Shown here one piece after another: positions 8,410 to 18,706 of a stretch of 64,000 nucleotides of DNA; position 1 is the stretch's first letter; each line of letters opens with the position of its first letter. The DNA comes from Candidatus Krumholzibacteriota bacterium. GTDB taxonomy: Bacteria > Krumholzibacteriota > Krumholzibacteriia > JAJRXK01. The position numbers and the translations under genes are program-made. The notes under the pieces are model-generated. The model was not told where the DNA came from. It made no database searches and saw only the letters and a program-made list of their open reading frames with translations. The DNA lies in the NCBI GenBank assembly GCA_963806035.1, contig CAWDWO010000031.1, positions 40,777-104,776 on the forward strand, given 5' to 3'.

Positions 8410-9174
8410 TCACACTCGTTGAGGAGCCGCGGCCGCTCCGGCCAGGGCAAGCGCCAAGAGCGGGTGGCCCCGGGATCGCAAGAGCGGAACACAGGCGCGC
8501 AGGGTCGCACCCGTCGTCACTTGGTCGTCGACCAGAATCAGAGGCACGCCCTCGGGAAGTTCCGCCAGGCGGCTCACTTGGAAGACCGATCGAAGTGCGG
8601 CAGCGCGGTCCTCCTTGCGAGGGAGAGTCGCGAGGCTCCTCGTCGCCTTTCTTCTACTTAGTATCCCCTGCGCCAAGGGCAAGTTCCCGGCTGCGGCGAG
8701 TCGTAGCGCAAGAAGCTCGGGCAAGCTGTAGCCCCGTTGGGCCAGGCGCAACGGATCGTCGGGCAAAGCGACGATACGAGCATCCTTGATCCTCGCGAGG
8801 GATGGGGCGGCCCAGCGGGCGAAGACCTCGCCCAGCGCCCCCATGAGCGGATACTGCCCTTGGTACTTCACCGCGTGAAGCAGCCGGAAGAATCGTGCTT
8901 CATCCCGGAAGCACCAAGCCACCGGGCAGCCCTCGTCCTTCCGCCCGGGCAGAGGCGGCTCGAGGGCGCTGCGGTGAAGACTCTCCATGCACGCGCGATG
9001 AACCGGGCCCGCCGTGGGGCCTGCGAGGAGCTCCGAGGGATTCGTCATGGGCGCGAGCCAGGATTCACAGATGGGACATCGTGCGGGCCACACCAGGTCC
9101 AACAGAGCCCGACGCCAGACAGAGGCGCGCTCTCGATGTGTCACTTGAATTGGTTCTCCATCGGGAGGTCCCAA
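8410..9174 (-). CDS. comF: ComF family amidophosphoribosyltransferase-like protein
   Basis: LLDLVWPARCPIC...HRAC zinc site, LLHAVKY, QRGY, ILVDDQVTTGAT. Exact start uncertain. Confidence 0.85.
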   Translation of the reverse strand: MGPPDGEPIQVTHRERASVWRRALLDLVWPARCPICESWLAPMTNPSELLAGPTAGPVHRACMESLHRSALEPPLPGRKDEGCPVAWCFRDEARFFRLLHAVKYQGQYPLMGALGEVFARWAAPSLARIKDARIVALPDDPLRLAQRGYSLPELLALRLAAAGNLPLAQGILSRRKATRSLATLPRKEDRAAALRSVFQVSRLAELPEGVPLILVDDQVTTGATLRACVPLLRSRGHPLLALALAGAAAAPQRV

Positions 9175-9181
9175 GGGAGGA

Positions 9182-10063
9182 TCAGGGAAGCACCTCTTGC
9201 ATGAAGGCTTCAGGTCGCGAGTCGGGAAACCACAGGCGGAAAGATCTCTGGGCCTGCGCTCGCAGCATGCTTCGGCCGTCGGCGACGGGACCCTTCGATT
9301 CGTGCGCCAAAAGCAGACGCGAAGGAGCGGGCCCGTAGCACAGGTCCATGACCGCGCAGCCGGCGGGCAGTGCGCGAGGATCGACCGGACTCAGATCCTC
9401 GGGATCCAGTCCCAGCGGCGTGGCCTGGATGAGAAGGGAGAGCGAGTCCAGGGTCGCCGTCGCGAGCTCTTCGACGGATGCTCCGAAAGACCTGGCCCAG
9501 CCCGCTCGCGCCGGTGCTCGCGCGAGAACGCGGACCCGAGTTGCCTCGAGTTCCTGCAGCGCTATCAGCGCGGCCCGTGCCGCGCCGCCCGCTCCGACGA
9601 TGGCGCACTCCCGCAGCCAAGCCCGTCCGGGAAAATGCCTCAGGAGGGCGTCCTGCAGCCCACCGACGTCGGTGTTGTGCGCCTCCCACCCCCCCGCGAA
9701 GCGCACGAGGGTGTTGGCGGCGCCCACGCGCGCGGCCAGTGCTGAGTGCCTCGAACTCATTTGCAACGCGAGTTCCTTGTGGGGCAGCGTCACGTTCAGT
9801 CCCGCGACCCTCGCCGCACTCGCCGCAGCCAAACAGCTCGAGAAATCGGCCGCGGATACCCGCACGCAGCGGTAGTGGCCCTCGATCTTCTCGCCCCGCA
9901 AAGCCGCCTCGTGAAGCGCGGGGCTGAGGCTGTGCGCGACCGGGTCCCCCAGGAGCGCCAAGAGGGGCCACGCTCGTTCTCTTCCGTCCGATTCCTTCAG
10001 AACCCCGCCGGCAAAGCTGAGCGGTGCGGGCAGTGCGCCGCGGTCCTTGCGGGCGGCGCTCAA
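9182..10063 (-). CDS. aroE: Shikimate dehydrogenase
   Basis: GDPVAHSLSP, NVTLPHK, GAANTL, NTD, GAGGAARA and DGRSML motifs. Confidence 0.93.
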   Translation of the reverse strand: MSAARKDRGALPAPLSFAGGVLKESDGRERAWPLLALLGDPVAHSLSPALHEAALRGEKIEGHYRCVRVSAADFSSCLAAASAARVAGLNVTLPHKELALQMSSRHSALAARVGAANTLVRFAGGWEAHNTDVGGLQDALLRHFPGRAWLRECAIVGAGGAARAALIALQELEATRVRVLARAPARAGWARSFGASVEELATATLDSLSLLIQATPLGLDPEDLSPVDPRALPAGCAVMDLCYGPAPSRLLLAHESKGPVADGRSMLRAQAQRSFRLWFPDSRPEAFMQEVLP

Positions 10064-10064
10064 T

Positions 10065-11336
10065 TCAGACCTCCGACCAACGCGCCGAAACGCTGAGCAG
10101 AAGACCCATCATGAGGCAAGAAGCCAGCATGGAGGATCCTCCGTAGGTGATGAAGGGAAGCGGCAGGCCCGTCACCGGCAAGAGACCCAGGGTGATGGAG
10201 ATGTTCACGAAGGACTGGAGGAAAAAATAGCTGCCCACCCCGACCGCGAGCAGGCTCGCGAAGGGTCTCTTCGCCTTGACCGCGATGCGCATCGCGCGCA
10301 CGAAGATGAGCAAGAACAGGCCGATGACCAGCAGCGCTCCCACGAGTCCGAGCTCCTCTCCCAGCACGCTGAAGATGAAGTCGGTGTGACGCTCCGGAAG
10401 GAAGGCCAGTCCTTTCTGGGTGCCGTGCAAGTAGCCCTTGCCCAAAATCCCGCCGGAACCGATCGCTACTTTGCTCTGGTAGACCTGGTAGCCCACTCCC
10501 AAGTGGTCCGTTTCCCCCGGCTTGAAGAATGTGAGAATTCGCTGCTGCTGGTAGCTATGCAGCTTGTCCCAGACGAGGGGGATTCCCAGACCCGTCGTCA
10601 GATTGGCCACCACCAGGAGCACGCTGTGCAACATGTAAAGACGTGAGTAGAAGAGCGCGAACAGCAATACGACCACGTAGATGGCCCACGGCCAGTCCGT
10701 GTGCAGAACCTGCTGCCCGTAGAACATGGCGAGTCCGCTCAGAAGCGGGGAGAAGAGCGCGAGCAGGAAGGAAGCGCGCACTCCCGACCAGAACATCATG
10801 GGAACGCCGAGAATCAGAAACACGAGCGCGGTTCCCAGATCGGGCTCCTTGAGCACCAGCAAAAAGGGAGGGAGCGAGAGCAAGAACACTCCCACCACCG
10901 TGAAAAAGGGGCCCTTCCCCTCGCGCACCGCGAGAAAGCGCGCCAGAGTGAAGAGGAAGGCCACCTTCGCCAATTCCGAAGGCTGCAAGGAAAAGGGACC
11001 CAAGCTCAACCAGCGATGCGTTCCGGCCCGCTCGGGGCTGATGAAGAAGACCGCGAGCAATGCGGCGATGGTCAACCCATAGAACACGAAAGCAAAGGTC
11101 TCGAAGAAACGAAGCGGAACGAGGAGACAGAGCAAAGCCGCCGCAACTCCCAGAACCAGCCAGATCATTTGATTGTAGACGATCGTGACGCCAATCAAGC
11201 GGTGAACCCCTTCGCTGCCTCCAGGCAGCGGCTGGGTGCAGGAATAGACCGTGGCCAGACCGATCAGCATCAGGGCAAACCACGCGCCGAGCGCGGCGGT
11301 ATCCATGCGCGGGAAGAGCTGGATTCCCCTTCTCAT
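10065..11336 (-). CDS. rodA: Rod shape-determining protein RodA
   Basis: QPSELAK, KEPDLGT, QSKVAIGSGG, LPERHTDFIF, GLPLPFITYGGSS. Confidence 0.96.
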   Translation of the reverse strand: MRRGIQLFPRMDTAALGAWFALMLIGLATVYSCTQPLPGGSEGVHRLIGVTIVYNQMIWLVLGVAAALLCLLVPLRFFETFAFVFYGLTIAALLAVFFISPERAGTHRWLSLGPFSLQPSELAKVAFLFTLARFLAVREGKGPFFTVVGVFLLSLPPFLLVLKEPDLGTALVFLILGVPMMFWSGVRASFLLALFSPLLSGLAMFYGQQVLHTDWPWAIYVVVLLFALFYSRLYMLHSVLLVVANLTTGLGIPLVWDKLHSYQQQRILTFFKPGETDHLGVGYQVYQSKVAIGSGGILGKGYLHGTQKGLAFLPERHTDFIFSVLGEELGLVGALLVIGLFLLIFVRAMRIAVKAKRPFASLLAVGVGSYFFLQSFVNISITLGLLPVTGLPLPFITYGGSSMLASCLMMGLLLSVSARWSEV

Positions 11337-13135
11337 GGTTGCACCTTCTCCGCTGTATCAGACGGGGTTTCTTGCTCCTGCCAGTTGAAATAGGTGTCGA
11401 GCAGTTCACCCACGATCGGCGCCGCCACCGAGCCTCCATGGCCGGCATTCTCGATGATGACGGCGACGGCGACCTCGGGATCCTCCGCCGGCGCATAGGC
11501 GATGAACCAGGCATGATCCTCCCCGGAGGCATTCTCCGCCGTGCCGGTCTTCCCCGCCACGTCGACTCCCTTGATGCGCGCCAAGCCGCCCGTCCCCTCT
11601 TCGGTGGCAACGACGTCGACGAGGGCGCTCTGCAAGAAATGGCGGATCTTGTCCGAGCAAATTTTCTCGTTCTCTCGCCGGACCAATCTCTTGTCGATGA
11701 CGCCGTAGGCGTTCTCACGGGCCAGGATCAAGTGCGGGCGGTAGAGATAGCCGTCACCACCGATGGCGGCGTAGGTACGCGCCATCTGGAGCGGAGTGAC
11801 GAGCAGCTCTCCCTGTCCGATCCCATTGTTCAAGAGCACGGCCCTCGTCCAGTGCCTGACTCCGAAGCGCTTGTCATAGTACTTCTTGTCGGGCACGAGG
11901 CCCGAGGCCTCGCCCTTGAGTTCGATTCCAGTCGGTCGCCCCAATCCGAAGCGGCGCGCGGTTTCGTCCAGCTCCTCCAGTGTCAGCCTCTCCGCCAACT
12001 GATAGAAATACACGTCGCAGCTCTGCGCGATTGCCTCCTTCAGATTCAGGCTTCCGTGCCCTCCGGGTTTCCAGCAGCGAAACACCCGATTCCCCAGTCG
12101 GTACCCGCCGGTGCAGGGCTCGAAGCGTGTCGATGGAGTGACCTTTCCGTATTTGAGACCCGCGGCCGCCGTGATCAGTTTGTAGGGACTGCCCGGTGGA
12201 TAGGTGCCTTGGAGGGCGCGATTGAATAGCGGCTTGCCCGGGTCGTCACGCAGCTCACCGTAACGTTTGCCGCTGATTCCTCCTGTGAATTCGTTGGGAT
12301 CGAAGCTGGGGGAGGAAGCCATGGCGAGAATGTCTCCGGTGGCCACCTCGATCACCACCCCGGCCCCCCGCTTCCCGTCGAGCAGCTCCTCGAGTCGGGC
12401 CTGGAGCGGCTGGCTCAGGGTGAGGTAAAGCTTCACCCCCGGAATGGCCTGCGAAAAACCTTCGGGAACCTCCCCCACCAGATGGCCGGCGACGTTCACC
12501 TCCACCACGCGACGACCGTGGACTCCGCGCAGCTGCTCCTCCGCCAAGCTCTCCACGCCGCTACGTCCGATGATATCTCCGGGCTCGTAGAATCCCCGGT
12601 GGTCGCGTTTCATATCGGCGCTGTTCACCTCGCCCACGTATCCCAAGAGATGCGCGGCAAGAGAGCCGAAGTGGTAGCGGCGTCGCGGCTCGACTTTGAG
12701 CTGAACATCGGGCAGAACCGCGCGATGTTCCTCCACCACCGCGATCTGCTTGGGATCGGCGTGACGCAAAATGGTGACCCGGCTGGATTCCCCGGAGTCC
12801 TCCACTCGGGAGAGAATGAAATCGCGGTCCAGGCCCAAAAGGCGGATCAGGGCCTCGAGAGACTTGTCTCCCTCGTGCGCGCGGCTGCGCGAGATGGTCA
12901 AACGCGCCTGATGAACGTTGTCCGCCAGCGCGATCCCGTTGCGGTCGGCGATGATTCCCCGAGGGGCGTCGATCCGCATCGTGGTCTGACGGTTCTCACG
13001 AGCCAGTCCTACGTAGTATTCATTTCGAACCACTTGGGTGGCGATGAGAGACAGCACGACGATTGCGTAGGCCAGGAGTGCCCCGCGAACGAGAATATTG
13101 GCTCGCGACTCGCGCGCGCTGAGTTCAATGGCCAC
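11333..13135 (-). CDS. mrdA: Penicillin-binding protein 2
   Basis: APRGIIADRNG, YPPGSPYK (SxxK), SCDVYFY, KTGTAE. Confidence 0.96.
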   Translation of the reverse strand: MAIELSARESRANILVRGALLAYAIVVLSLIATQVVRNEYYVGLARENRQTTMRIDAPRGIIADRNGIALADNVHQARLTISRSRAHEGDKSLEALIRLLGLDRDFILSRVEDSGESSRVTILRHADPKQIAVVEEHRAVLPDVQLKVEPRRRYHFGSLAAHLLGYVGEVNSADMKRDHRGFYEPGDIIGRSGVESLAEEQLRGVHGRRVVEVNVAGHLVGEVPEGFSQAIPGVKLYLTLSQPLQARLEELLDGKRGAGVVIEVATGDILAMASSPSFDPNEFTGGISGKRYGELRDDPGKPLFNRALQGTYPPGSPYKLITAAAGLKYGKVTPSTRFEPCTGGYRLGNRVFRCWKPGGHGSLNLKEAIAQSCDVYFYQLAERLTLEELDETARRFGLGRPTGIELKGEASGLVPDKKYYDKRFGVRHWTRAVLLNNGIGQGELLVTPLQMARTYAAIGGDGYLYRPHLILARENAYGVIDKRLVRRENEKICSDKIRHFLQSALVDVVATEEGTGGLARIKGVDVAGKTGTAENASGEDHAWFIAYAPAEDPEVAVAVIIENAGHGGSVAAPIVGELLDTYFNWQEQETPSDTAEKVQP

Positions 13136-13634
13136 CCCCTACCTCCCTTCTCTGGCCCAATGCACTGCCCCCCAACAGCGTGGCGAGGAATAGAAGGAAG
13201 ACGCCGACGACCGCGGTGTAGAGGGCGGTCGGTAAAGACTGGGTGAGAAAGATGCGCAGGAAGCGGCCCGGCTCGAGGCGGGTGTAGGCCAATAGATAGA
13301 TGAAGTCGTGCGTGAGCACCGCGACGGCGAAGAGCGGGGCGTAGAGAGGAAGCGCGGGTAAGACCAAACTGGAGCTGAGGCGGCCGGAAATGTGCCCCAC
13401 GATGGTCTTGGCCAGCATGCTCATCCCCAAGGTGGCGGGCGTAAGAAGATCCTGGACCAAACCCAGGAAAAAACCCACCAAGGTGCCGGTCAGGGCCCCC
13501 CCGCGCAGCCCGAGCATCACCACGATGAGCACGGTGAGATCGGGTCGCACCCCGAAGACGGCCATCCGGTCGATGACGGTGAGCTGAAGAACCAGTGCCA
13601 GCAGCGCAGTGAGTGTGAGACGCAGGGAGCTCAA
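13125..13634 (-). CDS. mreD: Rod shape-determining protein MreD
   Basis: Hydrophobic; RPDL and GFFLGLVQDLL; synteny. Confidence 0.9.
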   Translation of the reverse strand: MSSLRLTLTALLALVLQLTVIDRMAVFGVRPDLTVLIVVMLGLRGGALTGTLVGFFLGLVQDLLTPATLGMSMLAKTIVGHISGRLSSSLVLPALPLYAPLFAVAVLTHDFIYLLAYTRLEPGRFLRIFLTQSLPTALYTAVVGVFLLFLATLLGGSALGQRREVGGGH

Positions 13635-14488
13635 TGCTTCTCTCCCTGGCTGTCCTCGTCCTGTGGTGGCAGCACGCTGTCATCGTGCCGCGAATACCAA
13701 GGGCCGGGACGGGTGATCACGTACACCTGGGAGAGCGCGCTGAAATGTACCGCTGCTTCGATCTCCACATGCTGGAAGAGCTCGACCTTGGAGAGCTCGA
13801 CGTTCGAGACACGTCCCACCGGAATTCCGCGCGGTACCGTCCCTCCCAATCCGCTGGTGACGATCTGATCGCCCACCGCGATGGGATCCCCCTGGGGCAC
13901 GTGATCCATGAGAAAGATGCGTCCGTTGTAGCGTAAGAGGCCGGTCACCCCACTCGCCACCGACTCGACGCTGATTCTGGCATCGGCTTCGGTCAACAGT
14001 TCCACCAGGGCGGTCTTCGCATCCAATAGTTCTCGCACTCTTCCCACCAGTCCACTCTCGGTGACCACGGGCTGCCAGATACGCAGGCTGTCCTCACTTT
14101 GAATTCGAATCTTGGCCTGGACCGGAATACGATTCACCGTCAATTCCAGCACGAGAGCGGGAGCCAATTTACCGCGGTTGTGTTCGAAGAAGCCGGCCCT
14201 GCGTTCCAGCTCTTCGAAACGTCGCCGCTCGAGCCCGATCTGCACCGCATCCAACTCCATCGCCGCGATCTTTCCACGCAGTTCCTCGTTTTCCTTGCGC
14301 AAGGAGCCGAGGTCATCGACGACGCGCGCGATCCACTCCACCGGAGTGAAAACACGATGGGCCAGTCGGGTGCCCACGTCCAGACGGGTAGGATTGTCCA
14401 GTGAAATTGCCCATAGCGAGAGCGCCACGCAGATGACCAACACGATCTGGTCGCGAAAGCGCGAGAGGCCCTCGGGGAGTCTGGCCAT
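13631..14488 (-). CDS. mreC: Rod shape-determining protein MreC
   Basis: TM helix plus coiled coil; GLVGRV; VGDQIVTSGLGGTVPRGIPVGRV. Confidence 0.93.
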   Translation of the reverse strand: MARLPEGLSRFRDQIVLVICVALSLWAISLDNPTRLDVGTRLAHRVFTPVEWIARVVDDLGSLRKENEELRGKIAAMELDAVQIGLERRRFEELERRAGFFEHNRGKLAPALVLELTVNRIPVQAKIRIQSEDSLRIWQPVVTESGLVGRVRELLDAKTALVELLTEADARISVESVASGVTGLLRYNGRIFLMDHVPQGDPIAVGDQIVTSGLGGTVPRGIPVGRVSNVELSKVELFQHVEIEAAVHFSALSQVYVITRPGPWYSRHDDSVLPPQDEDSQGEKH

Positions 14489-14489
14489 C

Positions 14490-15599
14490 TCAATCCTTGG
14501 CGGAGTGGATGATCACGTCCTCATAGGAACTCACGTTGTCGAGGATCTTTCCCGTACCCAGGACGACACAATAGAGAGGATCATCCACCATGTTGAGAGG
14601 AAGGTTCGTCGCTTCCTTGAGAAGCATGTCGAGGCCTTTGAGCAAGCTTCCTCCGCCAGTCATGACGATACCACGATCGACGATATCCGCCGCCAGCTCG
14701 GGGGGAGTGTGTTCGAGCGCCTCCTTTACCGCTTCCACGATTTGATCGATCGGTTCCTGCAGCGCCTGCCGGATCTCGTCGCTCGAAATCCTCAGAGTCT
14801 TGGGGATCCCCGCCACCAAATCGCGCCCCTTCACTTCCCATTCGATCTCTTCGTCGAATTTGTATGCGCTGCCGATCTCCTTCTTGATTTGTTCCGCGGT
14901 GGGAAGCCCGATGAGGAGATTGTAGTTCTTCTTCACGTACCCCACGATCGCCTCGTCCAGCTCGTCGCCACCCACGCGAATGGACTTGTCGCACACGATA
15001 CCGTTGAGAGCGATCACCGCGATCTCCGTGGTGCCGCCGCCGATGTCGATGATCATGTTGCCGCTGGGTTGATCGACGGGCAGGCCCACGCCAATCGCGG
15101 CCGCAATGGGTTCGGCCACGAGGAAGACCTCGCGCGCGCCGGCGTGCTTGGCGGAGTCCCGTACCGCGCGCTTCTCGACTTCGGTGATGCCGCTGGGAAC
15201 GCAGATGATGATACGCGGCGCAATGAAGTGGCGCTTGTTCTGCGCCATGTTGATGAACTCGCGCAGCATGTATTCGGTAACTTCGAAGTCAGCGATCACG
15301 CCATCTTTGAGGGGACGAATGGCCTCGATCTTGTCCGGAGTCTTTCCCAACATGGCCTTGGCCTTCGAACCGACAGCCAGGACTTTGCGGCTCGACTTGT
15401 CGACGGTGACTACGCTGGGTTCGTTGAGCACGATGCCCTTGCCCTTGATGTAGACCAGGGTGTTCGCCGTACCGAGATCGATCGCGATATCGTTCGTGAA
15501 GAGATTGTTGAAGCGATTCCAGAGACTCAATTTACGCATTCCCGTACTCGTGCTCGTCATCGTTCCTCCGGCGCCCGCGTTAGAGCGCTCCTCGCTCAC
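14490..15599 (-). CDS. mreB: Rod shape-determining protein MreB (start likely 15560 or 15539)
   Basis: [24 protein letters not shown] and TGGGSLL motifs. Confidence 0.97.
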   Translation of the reverse strand: MSEERSNAGAGGTMTSTSTGMRKLSLWNRFNNLFTNDIAIDLGTANTLVYIKGKGIVLNEPSVVTVDKSSRKVLAVGSKAKAMLGKTPDKIEAIRPLKDGVIADFEVTEYMLREFINMAQNKRHFIAPRIIICVPSGITEVEKRAVRDSAKHAGAREVFLVAEPIAAAIGVGLPVDQPSGNMIIDIGGGTTEIAVIALNGIVCDKSIRVGGDELDEAIVGYVKKNYNLLIGLPTAEQIKKEIGSAYKFDEEIEWEVKGRDLVAGIPKTLRISSDEIRQALQEPIDQIVEAVKEALEHTPPELAADIVDRGIVMTGGGSLLKGLDMLLKEATNLPLNMVDDPLYCVVLGTGKILDNVSSYEDVIIHSAKD

Positions 15600-16254
15600 G
15601 CAGGCTAACGTAGCTTCCCTCGCCCAGAACCAGGTGGTCCAGGAGAGTCACGCCCAAGGTCTCTCCGCAACCGGCGATGCGGCGCGTGAGACGGAAGTCG
15701 TCTTGGCTCGGCTCGGGCGAACCCGACGGATGATTGTGGCCGAGCACGATCGCCGCCGAGGCCACCGCGATGGCTCCTCGAAAAATCTCCCTCGCTTCCA
15801 CGCTCGCGGAGTTGAGAGTTCCCAAAGCGACCAGCTGCACGCGCAAGACTTGATGCCGCGCCCCCAAATGGAGTACCGCGACTCCCTCCTGCTCGAGTCC
15901 CCCCAGCACCGTGCGCAGAATGCGCGCCGCGCTCTCGGGTCCCTCGATCAGCTCGAGGGACTCGGCCTGTCCCTGCTCCACGCGGCGTCCCAATTCGAAG
16001 ACCGCGCTCAGGGTCGTGCTACGCGCGAGGCCAATCCCATCCATCTGGCTGAGCTCAAACGCCTCGGCACGGGAAAGATGCCGCAGGTCGCCGAATCGAG
16101 CCAGCACTGATCGCGCCAGCTCGAGAGCATGACGCGAAGAGCCTCCTCTGGCCAAGACGAGAGCCAGAAGTTCGACCGCCGAGAGAGCGGAGGGGCCCCA
16201 TCGCCGACAGCGCTCTCTGGCATCCACCACCTCATCGATGGAACTCGTACTCAC
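15580..16254 (-). CDS. radC: RadC/UPF0758 JAB-domain protein
   Basis: LSAVELLAL, Hh[26 protein letters not shown]. Confidence 0.92.
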   Translation of the reverse strand: MSTSSIDEVVDARERCRRWGPSALSAVELLALVLARGGSSRHALELARSVLARFGDLRHLSRAEAFELSQMDGIGLARSTTLSAVFELGRRVEQGQAESLELIEGPESAARILRTVLGGLEQEGVAVLHLGARHQVLRVQLVALGTLNSASVEAREIFRGAIAVASAAIVLGHNHPSGSPEPSQDDFRLTRRIAGCGETLGVTLLDHLVLGEGSYVSLRERGAL

Positions 16255-16509
16255 TACAAATTGGGGGGGCGTCCACCAGTGGGGGCCTTGCGACGGCGCT
16301 CTAAACTCGTAAGTGGTTGCACGAGAACAGCCTAACCGTCGGCTGCGAAAGCAAGATAGCAGAGCCTCGCCGGCCTGAGCAACACTTATTTGGACAAGAG
16401 CGGCTGCTGGGGTAAGTTCTCCGCAGCCCGGGCGTGGGCCGGTGAAAATACGGCGTGATCCTTGCGATTCTCCGCCGAGACGGAATCAAAATCTGGTCTG
16501 AAGGTGCAC

Positions 16510-17709
16510 GTGATCACTCGAATTCTGAAATTTGGTGGCTCATCTCTTGCCGGCGTTGAACTCATTGCAGCCGCCGCGGAGCGCGTCCATCACCTCCTGG
16601 AAGGGGGCCTGAGGCCGGTCGTGGTGGTCTCCGCAGTGTCCGGCACCACCAACCGCCTCCTCTCCACCGCGCGCCGGATCCATCCCGAAGCCCCCGGCAG
16701 TGAGCTGGATCGTCTCTTGGCCACGGGTGAAATGCAGTCCGCCGCCTTCCTCGCCATCGCCTTGGCCAAGCGAGGCCTGCCCTCGCGCTCTTTCACTGGT
16801 CCGGAGGCGGGCGTCATCACCGACGACGATTTCGGACGCGCCCGTGTTCTGCGCGTGGACGCGGCCGCGGTCACCGCATCGCTCGAAGCGGGTGAGATCC
16901 CGGTGGTGGCCGGGTTCCAGGGCAGGACCGAGGACGGACGCATCACGACCTTGGGCCGCGGCGGCACCGACATCACGGCCGCCGTGCTCGGGGTGCATTT
17001 CAAGGCCGAACGCATCGTCTACTATCGAGACGCGGACGGAATCTACGGCGTCGACCCCAAAATGCTCGCGGTGCGCGGTCGAAGAATCGATCGCCTGGAC
17101 TACGAGCACATGATCGACCTGGCCGAGGCGGGCGTCCCGATCCTGCATCCCCAAGCTCTGGAGATCGCAAAGGCACACGGGCTCGAACTGGAGCTGCGCA
17201 GCTTCCGGGAAAGCGGTGGAGGCACCCTGGTCACCGAGGGTCCCATCCCCTCGCCACATCCGGTGTGGAGCCTCTGCCTCTCCCCTCCCATCTGCCTGCT
17301 GACCCTGGAAGGACTCCCCCAGGACACAGGGACCCTCTCCAGACTCGCTGCGCTCCTGGACCGCACCGATCTTCCCCTGGACGCGGCACTCTACCGCGGA
17401 CCGGACGAGTTGTGCATGAGCATCCAGGTTCCCGAGATGGACGGTGAGACCCTCTCAGCGCAACTGGGAGACTTCTTGCGCGAGGAGAGCTCGGTCACCA
17501 TCGGACTCGAGCGCAACCGCAGGCGCGTGACGATGGTGGGACACGGTGTCTCCGGGCGAAAGGCCAGCACCGCGGTCGAACAGACCGGGGAGCAGTTGGG
17601 ACCGCCTCTCTTCACCTTTCACGGGCCGCATCACCGGGCTTTCGTGGTGCCCGAGTCGGAAGCTTCGGCCTGGCTCGCGAGTCTTCACCAGCTGCTTTTG
17701 AAGCACTGA
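16510..17709 (+). CDS. lysC: Aspartate kinase, diverged (likely GTG start at 16510)
   Basis: KFGGSS, VVVSA, ATGE, VAGFQG, TTLGRGGTD; C-terminal ACT-like region diverged. Confidence 0.8.
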   Translation: MITRILKFGGSSLAGVELIAAAAERVHHLLEGGLRPVVVVSAVSGTTNRLLSTARRIHPEAPGSELDRLLATGEMQSAAFLAIALAKRGLPSRSFTGPEAGVITDDDFGRARVLRVDAAAVTASLEAGEIPVVAGFQGRTEDGRITTLGRGGTDITAAVLGVHFKAERIVYYRDADGIYGVDPKMLAVRGRRIDRLDYEHMIDLAEAGVPILHPQALEIAKAHGLELELRSFRESGGGTLVTEGPIPSPHPVWSLCLSPPICLLTLEGLPQDTGTLSRLAALLDRTDLPLDAALYRGPDELCMSIQVPEMDGETLSAQLGDFLREESSVTIGLERNRRRVTMVGHGVSGRKASTAVEQTGEQLGPPLFTFHGPHHRAFVVPESEASAWLASLHQLLLKH

Positions 17710-17718
17710 GGGGCGGCC

Positions 17719-18693
17719 TCAGGCAATCCACGACCACAAGCTCTCGTGGGAAAGTCGATCGTCGTCATCCAGCCGGCGCACCGCAACAACGGATTGCATG
17801 AGTTCATCCAGCTGATCGAAGTTCTGCTCCTGGACCCTTCCGCGCGCGTGCAGGATCGCGCCCTTGCCCGCGTAGAACGCCACATGGTCCACCGGCTCGT
17901 GGAAGAAAACGAGATCCCCCGGCTGCCACGCATCCACTCGCAGCGAGACGGCCTTCCCGCTGCGCGCCTGTTGCGCCGCATCACGGGGCAGAGAGTACCC
18001 GCATGCGTGCGCGACGATTTGCACGTAGCCGCTGCAGTCCACGCCCAGAGCGCTCCGCCCTCCCCAGCGGTAGGGCGTGCCCAAGTACTGGCGCGCTTCG
18101 GGCAGCAAGCGCGAGATCTGGGCCGCGAGCGGCTCGACGCGAATCGACTCGCGCCTTAGCTTCCCCCGGGTACCGTCCACCAGTTCCACTGAGAGCTCGT
18201 GAGCATCCGAGGAGGCGTCCTTTAGCTCGAGGAGTGGCGTACCGCCGGCGAGAGCCAGAGGATGTCCCTGGGCCGTGCTCAGGCTCGCCAGTGGGGGCTG
18301 AACGAGTCCCTTTCGCCGCAGGATCAATTCGTCCCTTTCCGCACGAAGCAGTTCGCGGCATGACCAGGATCGAAGCCAGGCGACGTACCCGTCCTCCGAA
18401 GCGACCAGGAGCCAGTCTCCGCGCGTCTGGATTCGCAGCAGAATTTCGCCCATCCGCGCCTCGCTCAGAACTTGTGCGTGGTGCGAGGGTGCGTCCCTCA
18501 GCGCTTCGAGCGGGGATTCGACGAGGACTTCGCCCTCGGCGAGGATGGGAGAAACCCCGGCCAAGTCGGCCGCAAACGCGGGCCAGGCGCAAGGCTTCCC
18601 CCGTGCATCGAAGCCCAAATACGCATTGCGCCAATCCACCGCGAGGGCCGTCATCTTCTCGCGGACAGAGTAGGCGAGGCTGGGATCGATCAC
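17719..18693 (-). CDS. NlpC/P60 (C40) peptidase with SH3-like N-terminus, YkfC-like
   Basis: YLGTPYRWGGRSALGVDCSG, PGDLVFF, DHVAFY, ILHA (Cys-His-His triad intact); DGYVAW SH3-like segment. Confidence 0.88.
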   Translation of the reverse strand: MIDPSLAYSVREKMTALAVDWRNAYLGFDARGKPCAWPAFAADLAGVSPILAEGEVLVESPLEALRDAPSHHAQVLSEARMGEILLRIQTRGDWLLVASEDGYVAWLRSWSCRELLRAERDELILRRKGLVQPPLASLSTAQGHPLALAGGTPLLELKDASSDAHELSVELVDGTRGKLRRESIRVEPLAAQISRLLPEARQYLGTPYRWGGRSALGVDCSGYVQIVAHACGYSLPRDAAQQARSGKAVSLRVDAWQPGDLVFFHEPVDHVAFYAGKGAILHARGRVQEQNFDQLDELMQSVVAVRRLDDDDRLSHESLWSWIA

Positions 18694-18706
18694 GGCAGCC
18701 GCCCCC

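Noticed and set aside
15580..16254. radC JAB domain as a defence or mobile-element marker
   Set aside because: Full-length HhH+JAB form in the standard chromosomal position upstream of mreB.
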